A stretch of 64,000 nucleotides of DNA from an uncultured Acidobacteriota bacterium (GTDB taxonomy: Bacteria; Acidobacteriota; Vicinamibacteria; Vicinamibacterales; CAVPJW01): NCBI GenBank assembly GCA_963826865.1, contig CAWGYQ010000009.1:14570-78569 (forward strand), read 5' to 3'. The notes beneath the pieces were generated by a model that was not told where the DNA came from, searched no databases, and worked only from the letters and a program-made list of their open reading frames with translations. The position numbers were made by a program, and so were the translations under genes. Numbering within the stretch: the first letter of the stretch is position 1; every line of letters starts with the position of its first letter. Positions 38,638-48,845 of this stretch are shown in pieces.

Positions 38638-40083
38638 AGCCAGTTGCAGCACTCGTCTTCGGTGTGCTGGTCGCCGCCATCTCCGCCCAGGCGCCCGATC
38701 GATCCTCGCCGCCGAAGGTGGCGCTGCCTCCCCCGCTGCGACTGCCGCCGGTCGAGCGCTTCGCCCTGTCGAACGGGCTGCCCGTGTGGCTCGTCGAACG
38801 GCACGATATCCCCCTGGTGCAGGTGGATGTGGTCGATCTTCACCGGCGCCACATCCGATCCGCAGGGCAAGTTCGGTCTGGCCAGCCTGACGGCAGCGAT
38901 GCTGGACGAGGGGGCCGGCGCCAGAAACGCGCTCGAGATCGCGGACGCGATCGACTTTCTCGGCGCGGGCCTCGGCGCATCCGGCAGCTACGACGCGTCG
39001 GCGGTCGGCCTCGACGTGCCGGTGGCACGCCTGACGCCAGCCCTCGAGGTGATGAGCGACGTCCTCCGCTCGCCGACGTTCCCGGTGAACGAGCTGGAGC
39101 GATTGCGCGGCGAGTGGCTGACCGACTTGCTCCAGGCGCGCGACGACGCCGGATCGATCGCGGCAACTGCATTTCCGAAGCTGCTGTTCGGCGACGCGCA
39201 TCGCTACGGCACGGCGGCCAGCGGCACGCCCGTCACCATCCGATCGTTCACGGTGGATGATCTGCGTGCATTTCACGCCGCACACTACCGTCCCGACAAC
39301 GCGGCCGTGATCGTCGCGGGTGACGTGACTCCGGCATCGATCAGGCCGCTGCTCGAAACGGCGCTGGGCACGTGGAAGGCGGCGGGACCGAAACCGGCGG
39401 CCGCCACGGTGCCCACCGCTCGCCAGCCGGTCCGGCGCCAGCTCTATCTCGTGAACAAGCCCGATGCGGCGCAATCGGAGATCATCATCGGCGGCATCGG
39501 CGCCGCCCGGTCCACGCCCGATTATTTTGCGATCACGGTGCTCAATACCGTGCTCGGGGGATCGTTCACGTCGCGGCTCAATCAGAACCTGCGCGAAACG
39601 CGGGGGTATGCCTATGGCGCGGGGTCGCGGTTCGATCTGCGCAAATGGCCGGGAGCGTTTCGGGCGGCGGCGGCCGTTCAGACCGACAAGACAGCCGAGT
39701 CAGTGACCGAGTTCTTCAAGGAGCTGGAGGCCATCCGCAGCCCGATTCCGGACGACGAGCTGGGCCGCGCACGAAACTATCTCGCGTTCGGGTTCCCGGC
39801 GGACTTCGAAACGATCGCCTCGCTGGCGTCGAACGTCGAAGAGCAGGTGCTCTACGATCTCCCGCCCGATATCTTCAACCGCTACGTGAACGAGATTCAG
39901 GCCGTCTCGGCCGCCGACGCTCAGCGGGTTGCCGCCAGATACATCCAGCCCGACAAACTCATTGTCGTCATCGTCGGCGATCTCGGGAAGATCGAAGCGC
40001 CGATCCGCGCGCTGAAGCTGGGCGAGATCAACGTGCTCTCGATTGACGATGTGATGGGCCCGACCGTCAACCCCGCGCCGTAA
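38634..40083 (+). pseudogene. M16-family peptidase partner subunit (no HxxEH seen), interrupted by a +1 frameshift at ~38835
   Basis: ORF 38634..39260 (signal peptide...NGLPVWLVERHDIPLVQVDVV) continues in the frame of ORF 38644..40083 (IFTGATSDPQGKFGLASLTAAMLDEGAG...). An extra g sits in gtc-g-atc. Confidence 0.8.
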
Positions 40084-41761
40084 GTGCTCTGCCCGGAGCG
40101 TGGACCAGCCGGAGCATCGGAAGCCGTGAGCGGGCGTGGCCCGAAGGACCGCGGAGCACCTGACCCGGCCTTGCGCCGGTGTAATTCCCGTCTTTCACGA
40201 CCAGCACACCGTTGACCAGGACGTGTTGCACGCCGGTCGGGTACTGATGCGGCCGATCGTAGGTGGCGGGATCGCCTACCTTCGCAGCGTCGAACAGCAC
40301 GAGATCGGCGGCGTACCCGGCTGCCATTCGTCCGCGCCCGGCGAGGCGGAAATGATCCGCCGGCAGCGACGTCATCTTTCGCACGGCCTCTTCGAGAGAA
40401 AGCACGTGCTGCTCGCGCACGTATCGGCCGAGCACGCGCACGGTGTTGCCATACCCGCGCGGGTGCGGAACCCCCGCCCCCGAAACGAGCACCCAGCTGT
40501 CCGACGCCACGGAGACCTGCGGATGACGCATGATGCGGCCGATGTCGTCCTCGGACATCAGGTGATAAACCATCGACGCGCCGCCCTTTTTCATCATCGA
40601 ACGAACCACCTCGAGCTGAGCATCGACGGAGCCCGAACCGGTCACGAGCTCGGCAATCTGCTTGATCGACTTGCCGTTGTAGGCCGGTGCCGCGACGTGT
40701 GATGCGACCACGGCAAACGACAGGTCGCTGAAGCCCCGCTCGGTGAAGAGCGCGATGGTCTCCTCCTTGATGCGCTGCCAGACGATTGGGTCGTCCATCC
40801 GCCGGTTGATGGCGTCCTGCCCGCCCTCGAGCACCCATGACGGCAGGCGGATCCCGAGGTTCGAGCTGGCGGCCGTATAGGCGTACTGATCGGCCCTGAC
40901 GTCGATACCACGCGCACGTGCCTGGTCGATCAAGGCGAGCGCCTTCTCGCTGGCGCCCCATCGTCTCGGACTGTCGACCTTGAGGTGTGAAATCTCCACG
41001 GGACAGCTCGCTGCCTCGCCAATCGCGATCGCCTCGCCCACCGCGCGCTCGAGTTCGGTGCCTTCGTTACGCATGTGTGTGGCGTACACGCCGCCGCGCG
41101 CGGAAGCGGTCCTGGCAAGTTCGATGATTTCGGCGGTCTCGGCATATGTGCCGGGCACGTACTGAAGCCCGGTCGAGAAGCCGACCGCGCCGTCGGACAT
41201 GGCGCGCGCCACGAGCATCTTCATCCTGTCGAGCTCTGCCGGCGTCGGCGCGCGGCGGGCCGTGCCCATGACTTCCGAGCGCACGCTGTTGTGCCCGACG
41301 AGCGTCGCGAAGTTCAGCGACGCCCCGCTCGCGCGAATCTGGGCGAACGCCTGCGCGGTGTCGACCGCCGAGCTCCCGCAATTGCCGGCCACGATCGCCG
41401 TGACGCCCATCCGGACGAAGTTCTCGGCGGAGGGCGTCTCGAACAGGTTGTCTGCGTGCGTGTGGACGTCGATGAACCCCGGCGCGACCGTCAACCCGGC
41501 GGCGTCGATGACGGCGGGCGCGGAAGAGTCGAGCTCGCCGATCTGTACGATTCGGCCGCCCGCGATGCCGACGTCGCTCCGGAACGCCGGCCTGCCGGTA
41601 CCGTCCACAATCGTCCCGCCCCGGATGATCAGGTCCAGCGACGGCGTCGTCTGTCCGGGCAGAACGGTCGTCGTCGCCAGCCACGTCGTGGCGAGCAGCG
41701 CCATCCCGACCACGAGGCGAACGGTCGTGCGGCTCGAAGGGCCGTCAGGACGAATGTGCAT
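40067..41761 (-). CDS. N-acyl-D-amino-acid deacylase (D-aminoacylase) family amidohydrolase, secreted
   Basis: [14 protein letters not shown]...[13 protein letters not shown]...[31 protein letters not shown]. Start placed at the ATG at 41761; 41782 and 41704 are alternatives. Confidence 0.8.
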   Translation of the reverse strand: MHIRPDGPSSRTTVRLVVGMALLATTWLATTTVLPGQTTPSLDLIIRGGTIVDGTGRPAFRSDVGIAGGRIVQIGELDSSAPAVIDAAGLTVAPGFIDVHTHADNLFETPSAENFVRMGVTAIVAGNCGSSAVDTAQAFAQIRASGASLNFATLVGHNSVRSEVMGTARRAPTPAELDRMKMLVARAMSDGAVGFSTGLQYVPGTYAETAEIIELARTASARGGVYATHMRNEGTELERAVGEAIAIGEAASCPVEISHLKVDSPRRWGASEKALALIDQARARGIDVRADQYAYTAASSNLGIRLPSWVLEGGQDAINRRMDDPIVWQRIKEETIALFTERGFSDLSFAVVASHVAAPAYNGKSIKQIAELVTGSGSVDAQLEVVRSMMKKGGASMVYHLMSEDDIGRIMRHPQVSVASDSWVLVSGAGVPHPRGYGNTVRVLGRYVREQHVLSLEEAVRKMTSLPADHFRLAGRGRMAAGYAADLVLFDAAKVGDPATYDRPHQYPTGVQHVLVNGVLVVKDGNYTGARPGQVLRGPSGHARSRLPMLRLVHAPGRALTARG

Positions 41762-43448
41762 GACGTGATTTCGGCCGCTCACTGTAGCTCAACGCCATCC
41801 CAACGACGACCACGACGACCACGCCAACGACGTTATGCCACAGAAACGAAATCGAGGTCGTGAAGGCGACATACGCCACGGCGCCCATGCCCGCGATGAG
41901 ACCCCAGAACGCGCCGCGCCCGGTCGCGCGCTTCGTGCCGATGGCCAGCACGAACACACCCAGCAGCGATCCGTAGAAGAACGAGCCGAATCGATTCACC
42001 ACTTCGATCAAGGGTCCCAGGGTGCTTGCGTAGATCGCCACCAGGCACGCGGCGAGGCCCCAGACGCCGGTGGCAATCTTGGACACGAGCAGGTAGTGTG
42101 CGTCGGTCTCATCGGGCCTGAAACGCCGGCGGTAGAGATCGATGACGGTGCTCGTCGACAACGAGTTCAGCTCGGCGGCGATGCTGGACATCGCGGCCGC
42201 GAAGATGGCCGCGATGATCAACCCCACCAGACCGATCGGCATCCAGGTCGTCACGAAGGTGGGAAAGACATAGTTGACGTCGGTGTACCGGCTGTCGTCG
42301 CGCGACCGCCGCGCAAGTGCGATGGCACGGTCGTGCGTGTCGCGAACCTGGCGCTCGGTGGCGTTGAACGCAAGCGACGCCTCGTCCCGCCTGACCGACT
42401 GATTGCCGCGACGGACGGCCGCCAGCGTCCCGGCCGCCTGGCGCCGCGCGTCCAGGGCAGCGGCGTGCTCTCGCTCGAGGGAGGCGAGCTCCGCGGGAGC
42501 TTCCGCGCGCAACCGCCGCGCATCCTCCGGATTGAAGAACAGCGGCGGGGGCACGAAGAGATAGAACACGAAGACGAACACGCCGGTCAGCAGAATCAGC
42601 GCCTGCAGCGGGATCTTGACGAACGCGCTCATCAGCAGGGATTCGCGGCCTTCCTTGATCGAGCGGGCGGTCAAGTACCGCTGCACCTGGCTTTGATCGC
42701 AGCCGAAGTACGAAAGCATCAAAAAGAGTCCGCCGATGAGACCCGACCAGAACGTATAGGTCTGATTGAGATCGAACGAAAAATCGACAGCCTTCAGCCG
42801 GCCCGCGGCGCCCGAGAGAAACAGAGCGCCCGACACACCGAGATCGGAAGGAAACGCCCCTATCAGGACCGCCACGGCCGCGACGATGCCCGCGACGATC
42901 ACCACCATCTGCTTGACGTCAGTCCATGTCACCGCCTGCACGCCGCCGACGATCGTATACGCGGCCGTCGGGAGCCCGAGGGCCAGAACGGTCAGCGTCA
43001 GATTCCAGCCGAGGACAATCGAGAGGATCAGAGCCGGCGCCGCGACGATCACGCCGCACGACAGTCCTCGGGATATGAGGAATAGGACGCTGGCCAGCGT
43101 GCGGGTGCGAACGTCGAAGCGCTGCTCCAGATACTCGTACGCGGTGTAGACACGGGCCCGATAGAAGAACGGCACGACCGTCACCGAGAGGATGATCATC
43201 GCGAGCGGCAGGCCGAAATAGAACTGCACGAAGCGCATCCCGTCGGCGTAGCCCAGCCCCGTCGTACCGACGAGCGTGATGGCGCTCAGTTGTGTCGCCA
43301 TCACCGAGAGCCCGACCGCCCACCACGGAAGACTGCGGTTGGCCAGGAAATAGCCTTCGATCTTGTCGCTGTCCTTGGTGCGCTTCAGGCCGTCGTGAAC
43401 AATCCACGCCAGGTAGGCGACCACGACGGCCCAGTCGACAAGATGCAT
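41745..43448 (-). CDS. Sodium:solute symporter (SSS) family transporter
   Basis: 567 aa, polytopic. N-terminal [32 protein letters not shown] is typical of SSS. An internal ~80-aa Arg/Ala-rich cytoplasmic insert is present. Confidence 0.85.
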   Translation of the reverse strand: MHLVDWAVVVAYLAWIVHDGLKRTKDSDKIEGYFLANRSLPWWAVGLSVMATQLSAITLVGTTGLGYADGMRFVQFYFGLPLAMIILSVTVVPFFYRARVYTAYEYLEQRFDVRTRTLASVLFLISRGLSCGVIVAAPALILSIVLGWNLTLTVLALGLPTAAYTIVGGVQAVTWTDVKQMVVIVAGIVAAVAVLIGAFPSDLGVSGALFLSGAAGRLKAVDFSFDLNQTYTFWSGLIGGLFLMLSYFGCDQSQVQRYLTARSIKEGRESLLMSAFVKIPLQALILLTGVFVFVFYLFVPPPLFFNPEDARRLRAEAPAELASLEREHAAALDARRQAAGTLAAVRRGNQSVRRDEASLAFNATERQVRDTHDRAIALARRSRDDSRYTDVNYVFPTFVTTWMPIGLVGLIIAAIFAAAMSSIAAELNSLSTSTVIDLYRRRFRPDETDAHYLLVSKIATGVWGLAACLVAIYASTLGPLIEVVNRFGSFFYGSLLGVFVLAIGTKRATGRGAFWGLIAGMGAVAYVAFTTSISFLWHNVVGVVVVVVVGMALSYSERPKSRHAHSS

Positions 43449-43454
43449 GCGGCG

Positions 43455-43598
43455 TCAGCGGACGAAGTACTGCTCGAGTCCCCACAACAGGAACATCGTC
43501 ACGGCCTGCACCAGCATGACGGCCACATACATGCCTGTCTGGCTTCCATCGTTCTGCGCGCCAGCCGGGATGTCCGGTGTGGTGCGGGAATCCGTCAT
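43455..43598 (-). CDS. 47-aa single-TM micro-protein upstream of the symporter (possible symporter accessory subunit)
   Basis: MTDSRTTPDIPAGAQNDGSQTGMYVAVMLVQAVTMFLLWGLEQYFVR. Its ATG (43598) overlaps the upstream stop (ATGA), and it ends 6 nt before the symporter start. Confidence 0.5.
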   Translation of the reverse strand: MTDSRTTPDIPAGAQNDGSQTGMYVAVMLVQAVTMFLLWGLEQYFVR

Positions 43599-45049
43599 AC
43601 GGCGGCGCTCCGTTCGGTCAGTCGTGCTCCTGCGTCGGCCACTGCCGTCCTGGCGCGTATCCACCAGCTCTCGTCCGAGTCGAGCCGCTGACGGGCCTGG
43701 TCAAGGGCACGGCGCGTTTCGTCCGGTGAGGGCCCACCCGGCGTGCGGCGGATGTCGACGAAGTGGCGAGCACTGAGCCGCTCGGCGATCTCGTCTGCCG
43801 TGTAGCGCGGTGGCGGGTCGACGAGTCCCGACGCCGCGTCGGCCAGCGCGTCCGAGGGCGACACGTCGGGATGGTCGCGGCGAATGGCGCTGAAACGGGC
43901 GGCGATCCGGTGCGCCGTGCGGAAGGGCACCCCCTTTTCGCGCGTCAGGCTGTCGGCCAACTCGGTCAGCGTGGTCCACCGCGCTCCCGCTACTGCCTGC
44001 AGCCGGTCGACGTCCAGCTCGGCGTCGGCAAGCGCGGCAGCCAGCAGCGTCACCGCGCGCGTGACGTCGCGGAACGTCGAGAAGACCAGCGGCTGCAAAT
44101 CGTCCTCGGTGTCGACGATGTCTCCGAACGGCGTGTTGTGGACGGCGCCTATCACGGCAGTGGCCTGGCCGAGAGCCCGGCTCAGGATCGCGCGCGCATG
44201 CTCGAGCGCCACGGGATTGCGCTTCTGCGGCATGATGCTGCTCGCCTGCACGAAGCCGTCAGGCAGCCGGAGGTAGCCGAATTCCGCCGTGGACCACAGC
44301 AGCAGGTCCTGAACGACCCGGCCCAGCCCGACCGCGAGCACGGCGACTGCGGCAGCGCTCTCGAGCACATGGTCGACCGTCGCGATGCTGCCGTAGGTAT
44401 TGCCCGTCGGCCGATCGAACCCCAGTAGCGACGCCGTCAGCCCGCGATCGATCGGGAATCCCGTCCCGGTGATCGCGCAGGCGCCGAGCGGACAGCGGTT
44501 CGTCGTCTCGTAGGCCGCCCTGAGCCGCCCGTCATCACGTTCGAGCTGTTCGACGACCGCCAGCAGATAGTGCGCGATGGTGGTCGGCTGGGCGGGTTGT
44601 GCGTGCGTGTGCGCGGCCACGAGCGTATGACGGTGGCGATCGCCGATGGCGATGAGCACACGACGCAGGCCCTGCGCCGCCACCGCGATCGCCGTCAGCG
44701 CTTCACGGAGCCGCATCCGGTACATGGTCATGTCGACGTCGTTGCGGCTCGACGCCGCTCCGAGCCGGCCGGCCAGAGCTTCGCCGCACGCTTCGGTCAG
44801 GAGACGCTGAACGTAGAAGAACAGGTCCTCGCAGGAGCCGTCGTAGACGGCGCGGCCCACCGACTCGAGCGACAGCCCGTCGAGGGCCTCGCGCAGCCGA
44901 CGGGCGTCGGCCGGGGACACGATGCCGCGATCGGCGAGCATGACGAGGTGCGCCCGCAGAATGGCGACGAGCGGTGACAGAAAACGCGCCTTCGCGTCGT
45001 CGAAATGCTCGGTCAGGACAGCCCTGACGTACTCCGGCGCGAACGTCAT
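43595..45049 (-). CDS. Argininosuccinate-lyase-like enzyme (fumarate-lyase superfamily, ArgH paralog lacking the canonical N-terminus)
   Basis: SSRNDVDMTMYR, THAQPAQPTT, signature-loop-like ASSIMPQKRNPVALEHAR; 484 aa. Confidence 0.75.
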   Translation of the reverse strand: MTFAPEYVRAVLTEHFDDAKARFLSPLVAILRAHLVMLADRGIVSPADARRLREALDGLSLESVGRAVYDGSCEDLFFYVQRLLTEACGEALAGRLGAASSRNDVDMTMYRMRLREALTAIAVAAQGLRRVLIAIGDRHRHTLVAAHTHAQPAQPTTIAHYLLAVVEQLERDDGRLRAAYETTNRCPLGACAITGTGFPIDRGLTASLLGFDRPTGNTYGSIATVDHVLESAAAVAVLAVGLGRVVQDLLLWSTAEFGYLRLPDGFVQASSIMPQKRNPVALEHARAILSRALGQATAVIGAVHNTPFGDIVDTEDDLQPLVFSTFRDVTRAVTLLAAALADAELDVDRLQAVAGARWTTLTELADSLTREKGVPFRTAHRIAARFSAIRRDHPDVSPSDALADAASGLVDPPPRYTADEIAERLSARHFVDIRRTPGGPSPDETRRALDQARQRLDSDESWWIRARTAVADAGARLTERSAAV

Positions 45050-45087
45050 GGAAGAAAGTATAGTCTCTGGCGTTGGAGGGGACGGCT

Positions 45088-45549
45088 GTGACCGAGATCG
45101 AGCGCATCCAGGATCAGATCCGGCGGGTCTACGAAGGCGACGCGTGGCACGGCACGTCCACGCACGAGATCCTCGCGGGCGTGCCGGCGGCCGTGGCGGT
45201 CAAGCGCGTGCAGCCAGCCGTCCACACCATTTGGGAGCTTGCGCTTCACATGACCGCCTGGCGCACGGTGGTCGTGCGACGGATCGAAGGCGAGGCGGTC
45301 GAGCTGTCACACGAGGCCGACTGGCCGCGACGACAGGGAGAAACCGAGGAAGACTGGCGACGGATCCTGGACGAGCTCGACCGCAGCCAGGAACGTCTGC
45401 TCGATGCGGTGGGCTCGATGACCGATGCCCGTCTGGGCGACGCCGTACCGGGCAAGGATTACGACTATTACGTGATGCTGCAGGGCATCGTGCAGCACGA
45501 TGCCTATCACGCGGGCCAGGTGGCGCTCATGAGGAAGCTCCTGGCGTAG
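45088..45549 (+). CDS. DinB-family (DinB_2) metal-dependent protein
   Basis: WHGTSTHEIL...HTIWELALHMTAW...GIVQHDAYHAGQVALMRK (His triad). Start moved from the TTG at 45073 to the GTG at 45088, which has GGAGG 8 nt upstream. Confidence 0.75.
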   Translation: MTEIERIQDQIRRVYEGDAWHGTSTHEILAGVPAAVAVKRVQPAVHTIWELALHMTAWRTVVVRRIEGEAVELSHEADWPRRQGETEEDWRRILDELDRSQERLLDAVGSMTDARLGDAVPGKDYDYYVMLQGIVQHDAYHAGQVALMRKLLA

Positions 45550-45579
45550 TGAGGCGGGGCCACCCGCTATAATCGGAGC

Positions 45580-46990
45580 ATGCGTTTCTCATTTTTGCTC
45601 CTGTCCCTTGCTCTCGTCCTCTCGCCACGCGAGGCCCTCGCCCAGGTCGATGCGCCGTCGCAGGCCCTGGCGCGCGAGATCTACAAAGAACTCGTCGAAA
45701 TCAACACCACCGATTCGGTGGGCGACAACACGGCCGCGGCGAACGCCATGAGCAAGCGGCTGCTCGCCGCAGGGTTTCCTGCCGAAGACGTCCGGGTGCT
45801 GGGGACCCAGCCACGCAAGGGCAACCTGGTGGCGCGCCTGCGCGGAACCGGTGCCCGCCGGCCGGTTCTGCTCCTGGCGCACCTCGATGTCGTCGAGGCG
45901 CGAAAGGAAGACTGGTCGGTCGATCCATTCGTCTTCCTCGAACGTGACGGCTTCTTCTACGGGCGCGGCACCTCCGACGACAAGGCGCAGGCGGCCATCT
46001 GGATCGCCAATCTCATTCGCTACAAGCAGGAAGGCTTCATGCCCGATCGCGACCTCATCGTCGCGCTGACGGCCGACGAGGAAGGCGGCGACTTCAACGG
46101 CGTGAGCTGGCTGCTCGAACACCATCGCGATCTGATCGACGCGGCGTTTTGTCTCAACGAGGGCGGAGGCGGACAGATCAAAGGCGGGAAGTACCTGCTG
46201 AACGAGATCCAGGCGAGTGAAAAGGTGTACCAGAGCTTCAAGCTGGAGGTGCGCGACTCGGGCGGCCACAGCTCGCTGCCCCGCCCCGAGAACCCGATCT
46301 ACAGACTGGCTGCGGGCTTGACCCGTATCGCGCAGTTCACGTTTCCGGTGACGCTCAACGAGGTGACACGAACGTTCTTCGAACGCATGGCACTGCTCGA
46401 ATCCGGCCAGCTGGCATCCGACATGCGTGGCGTGATCGCGCCGACGCCCGATCCGGCTGCCGTCGCGCGCCTGTCGAGCTCCGCGTACTACAACGCCCTG
46501 CTACGCACGACGTGCGTGGCCACCCAGCTTCTGGGCGGGCACGCCGAGAACGCGTTACCGCAGCTGGCTACCGCAACCGTCAACTGCCGCATGCTCCCGG
46601 GCTCGAAGCCTGAAGACGTCAAGGCAACGCTCGTCGGCGTCCTCAACGATGCGCGGATCACGGTGACGCCGGTGGCCGAATCGAGGCCCAGCGATCCTTC
46701 GCCGCTCTCCGCCGATGTGATGGGCCCGGTCGAAGCCGTCACGAACAGCATGTGGCCCGGCATGCGGGTGGTGCCGACGATGAGCACTGGCGCGACGGAC
46801 GGACTGTTCCTCCGCAATGTCGGCATTCCAACATACGGTCTGTCCGGTCTGTTCGAGGACATCGACGACACACGGTCGCACGGCCGCGACGAGCGGATGG
46901 GCGTCAAGCAGGTACTACGACGGGCTCGAGTTCCTTTACCGACTGGTCAAGGCGATGTCGTCGGGCCCAGCCTCGTCTCAGCATCGCTGA
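45580..46990 (+). pseudogene. M20-family metallopeptidase (secreted), C-terminus displaced by a +1 frameshift at ~46912
   Basis: LLLAHLDVV, GRGTSDDKAQ, ALTADEEGG, SGGHSS. After ...HGRDERMGVKQ the conserved tail YYDGLEFLYRLVKAMS continues in the next frame and stops at 46988-46990. An extra g sits in cag-g-tac. Confidence 0.8.
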
Positions 46991-47024
46991 GTCGCCTGCC
47001 GCCTCAGGAACGTCTCGCGCGACC

Positions 47025-47750
47025 ATGCACCGCGAGTACCACCGCTGGCATTCTCCGCGCCTGGCGCGCGACATGGGCCTGATGGTCTACGGTCACTGGG
47101 GCCCGCCGATGCTCGCCTTTCCGACAAGCGGAGGTGACGAGCGGGAGCTGGAACAACAGGGCATGATCGGCGCCCTCGCCGATTTGATCGATGGCGGACG
47201 CGCCAAGGTGTTCAGCGTGGGCAGCGTCAACCAGGAGTCGTTCTACAACCGCTCGGCCCACCCCGCCCACCGAAGCTACGTGCAGGTTCAGTTCGACGCG
47301 TACGTGCGCCACGAAGTCGTGCCGTTCATCGAGAATCACTGCCAGACGCGGGGGATCGCCGTCACCACGATGGGAGCGTCGTTCGGCGCGTATCACGCGG
47401 CGAACACGCTGCTCAAGCATCCCGAGATCGTCAAACGATGCTTCGCGCTGTCGGGAATCTACGACCTGAGACGCTTCATGGACGGGCACTCCGACGACAA
47501 TTTCTATTTCAACAACCCCATCGACTATGTGGAAGGGCTCGACGATCCGACCGTTCGCCTGCACCTTTCGACCTGCGAGATTCGCCTGGCCACGGGATCG
47601 GGACCGTGGGAAAACAGTGTGCCGACCTACGCCATGTCGGCCGCGCTGACGAGCAAGGGCATCGCACATCACCTGGACGACTGGGGAAGCGAAGGCGGAC
47701 ACGACTGGCCCTACTGGCAGCGCCAGATGCGTACGTACCTCGGCGGATAG
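47025..47750 (+). CDS. Putative esterase-family (esterase D/PF00756-like) serine hydrolase
   Basis: MHREYHRWHSPRLARDMGLMVYGHWGPPMLAFPTSGG...; nucleophile elbow GASFGAYHA; ...GGHDWPYW. Start is the ATG at 47025 within ORF 46752..47750. Confidence 0.7.
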   Translation: MHREYHRWHSPRLARDMGLMVYGHWGPPMLAFPTSGGDERELEQQGMIGALADLIDGGRAKVFSVGSVNQESFYNRSAHPAHRSYVQVQFDAYVRHEVVPFIENHCQTRGIAVTTMGASFGAYHAANTLLKHPEIVKRCFALSGIYDLRRFMDGHSDDNFYFNNPIDYVEGLDDPTVRLHLSTCEIRLATGSGPWENSVPTYAMSAALTSKGIAHHLDDWGSEGGHDWPYWQRQMRTYLGG

Positions 47751-47846
47751 AGGCCCGCGATTCCGCCGGACCGCGCCGTTGCCGTTCGGCGTCTGCAGGG
47801 CTCACACGCAGGCAAGCGCGGCGGATCACGACCGGCGGGACGATGA

Positions 47847-48845
47847 TCACGGAGCGTGACGTCCCAGTCGGGTCAGGGCACTATTCAGGAACGTTCGATC
47901 GGCAAACACCGGCGCGCGATCGTAATCGGGCAGCACTCCTGCGCGCGCGAAAAAGTCCGCCGTTCGCTTGACCTGATCATCGTCGAGCCCCCCGTCGACC
48001 GGCCAGATCCCCGATTCCACGTACTCACGCGACACCGCCGCCAGATCCTCGCCGGTGTTCAGGAACGCCGCAGCTTCCGATGCCAGGCGCTGATGATCAC
48101 CTGCGATGGTCCTGAAGGCTTGGAGGCAGGCCTCGATGTACTCCTGCACCATGTCCGGATGCGCGCGCGCGAAGCCGGTGTGAGCAAACGTCGCGCGCAT
48201 GACCATGCCCGGCCAGCGGACGCCGAAGTCCTGAAGAACGGCGAGCTGCCGCCCGGTTTGCATCTCTATCGCGAGCGCATCCGATCGCTGGACCACGGCG
48301 GCGTCGACGGCACCCGCCAGCAGCGATGCCGTGCGCGTCGCGGAGCCGGGAATATAGATGAGAGTTGGAACCGCCTCCGGGCACTCGTCAGCCAGATACG
48401 CGCGCAGGAGAATCGTGCCCGACGATCCCGGGCTGTGCAGGCCGATGCGTCCTCTCGCCAACCCGGCGCAGGTCGCGGTTGCAGGCGCCACGAGCACGTT
48501 GTTGTCGAGGGCGTCCTGCAGCACGGCAACGACCGGGGCGCCCTTGACGGCGGCCGCCCACAGAACACGCGTCGAGCCCAGGAGGAAATCGGCATCGCCC
48601 CGGGCGATGGCGGCCGCAGCGACCTCCGGCTGCGCATAGTAGGTGGTGGTCACCACATGGCCGCGCTCCCCCAGCGAGCGATGAGCCATGAGGGTGGGCG
48701 TGTCGGCGAAATTGATGGCCGACGAGAAGGCCACACGCAGCGGAGGTCGCTCCTCGCGCACCTCCGAAGAGCACGACGCGACGAACAGAGCGAGGGCGGC
48801 ACCGCGCGCCAGGACCGAGCGGCGCAAAGATCGGCGCGGGGTCAC
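47847..48845 (-). CDS. NMT1/SsuA-like periplasmic substrate-binding lipoprotein (paralog 1, most divergent)
   Basis: Lipobox ALFVAS-C. Type-II PBP-like layout shared with the paralogs at 50460 and 51476 (LRVAF...TPTLMAH...GDADF...VLVA...GLHSPGSSG...AGAVDAAVV). ATGA overlap with the upstream gene. Confidence 0.65.
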   Translation of the reverse strand: MTPRRSLRRSVLARGAALALFVASCSSEVREERPPLRVAFSSAINFADTPTLMAHRSLGERGHVVTTTYYAQPEVAAAAIARGDADFLLGSTRVLWAAAVKGAPVVAVLQDALDNNVLVAPATATCAGLARGRIGLHSPGSSGTILLRAYLADECPEAVPTLIYIPGSATRTASLLAGAVDAAVVQRSDALAIEMQTGRQLAVLQDFGVRWPGMVMRATFAHTGFARAHPDMVQEYIEACLQAFRTIAGDHQRLASEAAAFLNTGEDLAAVSREYVESGIWPVDGGLDDDQVKRTADFFARAGVLPDYDRAPVFADRTFLNSALTRLGRHAP

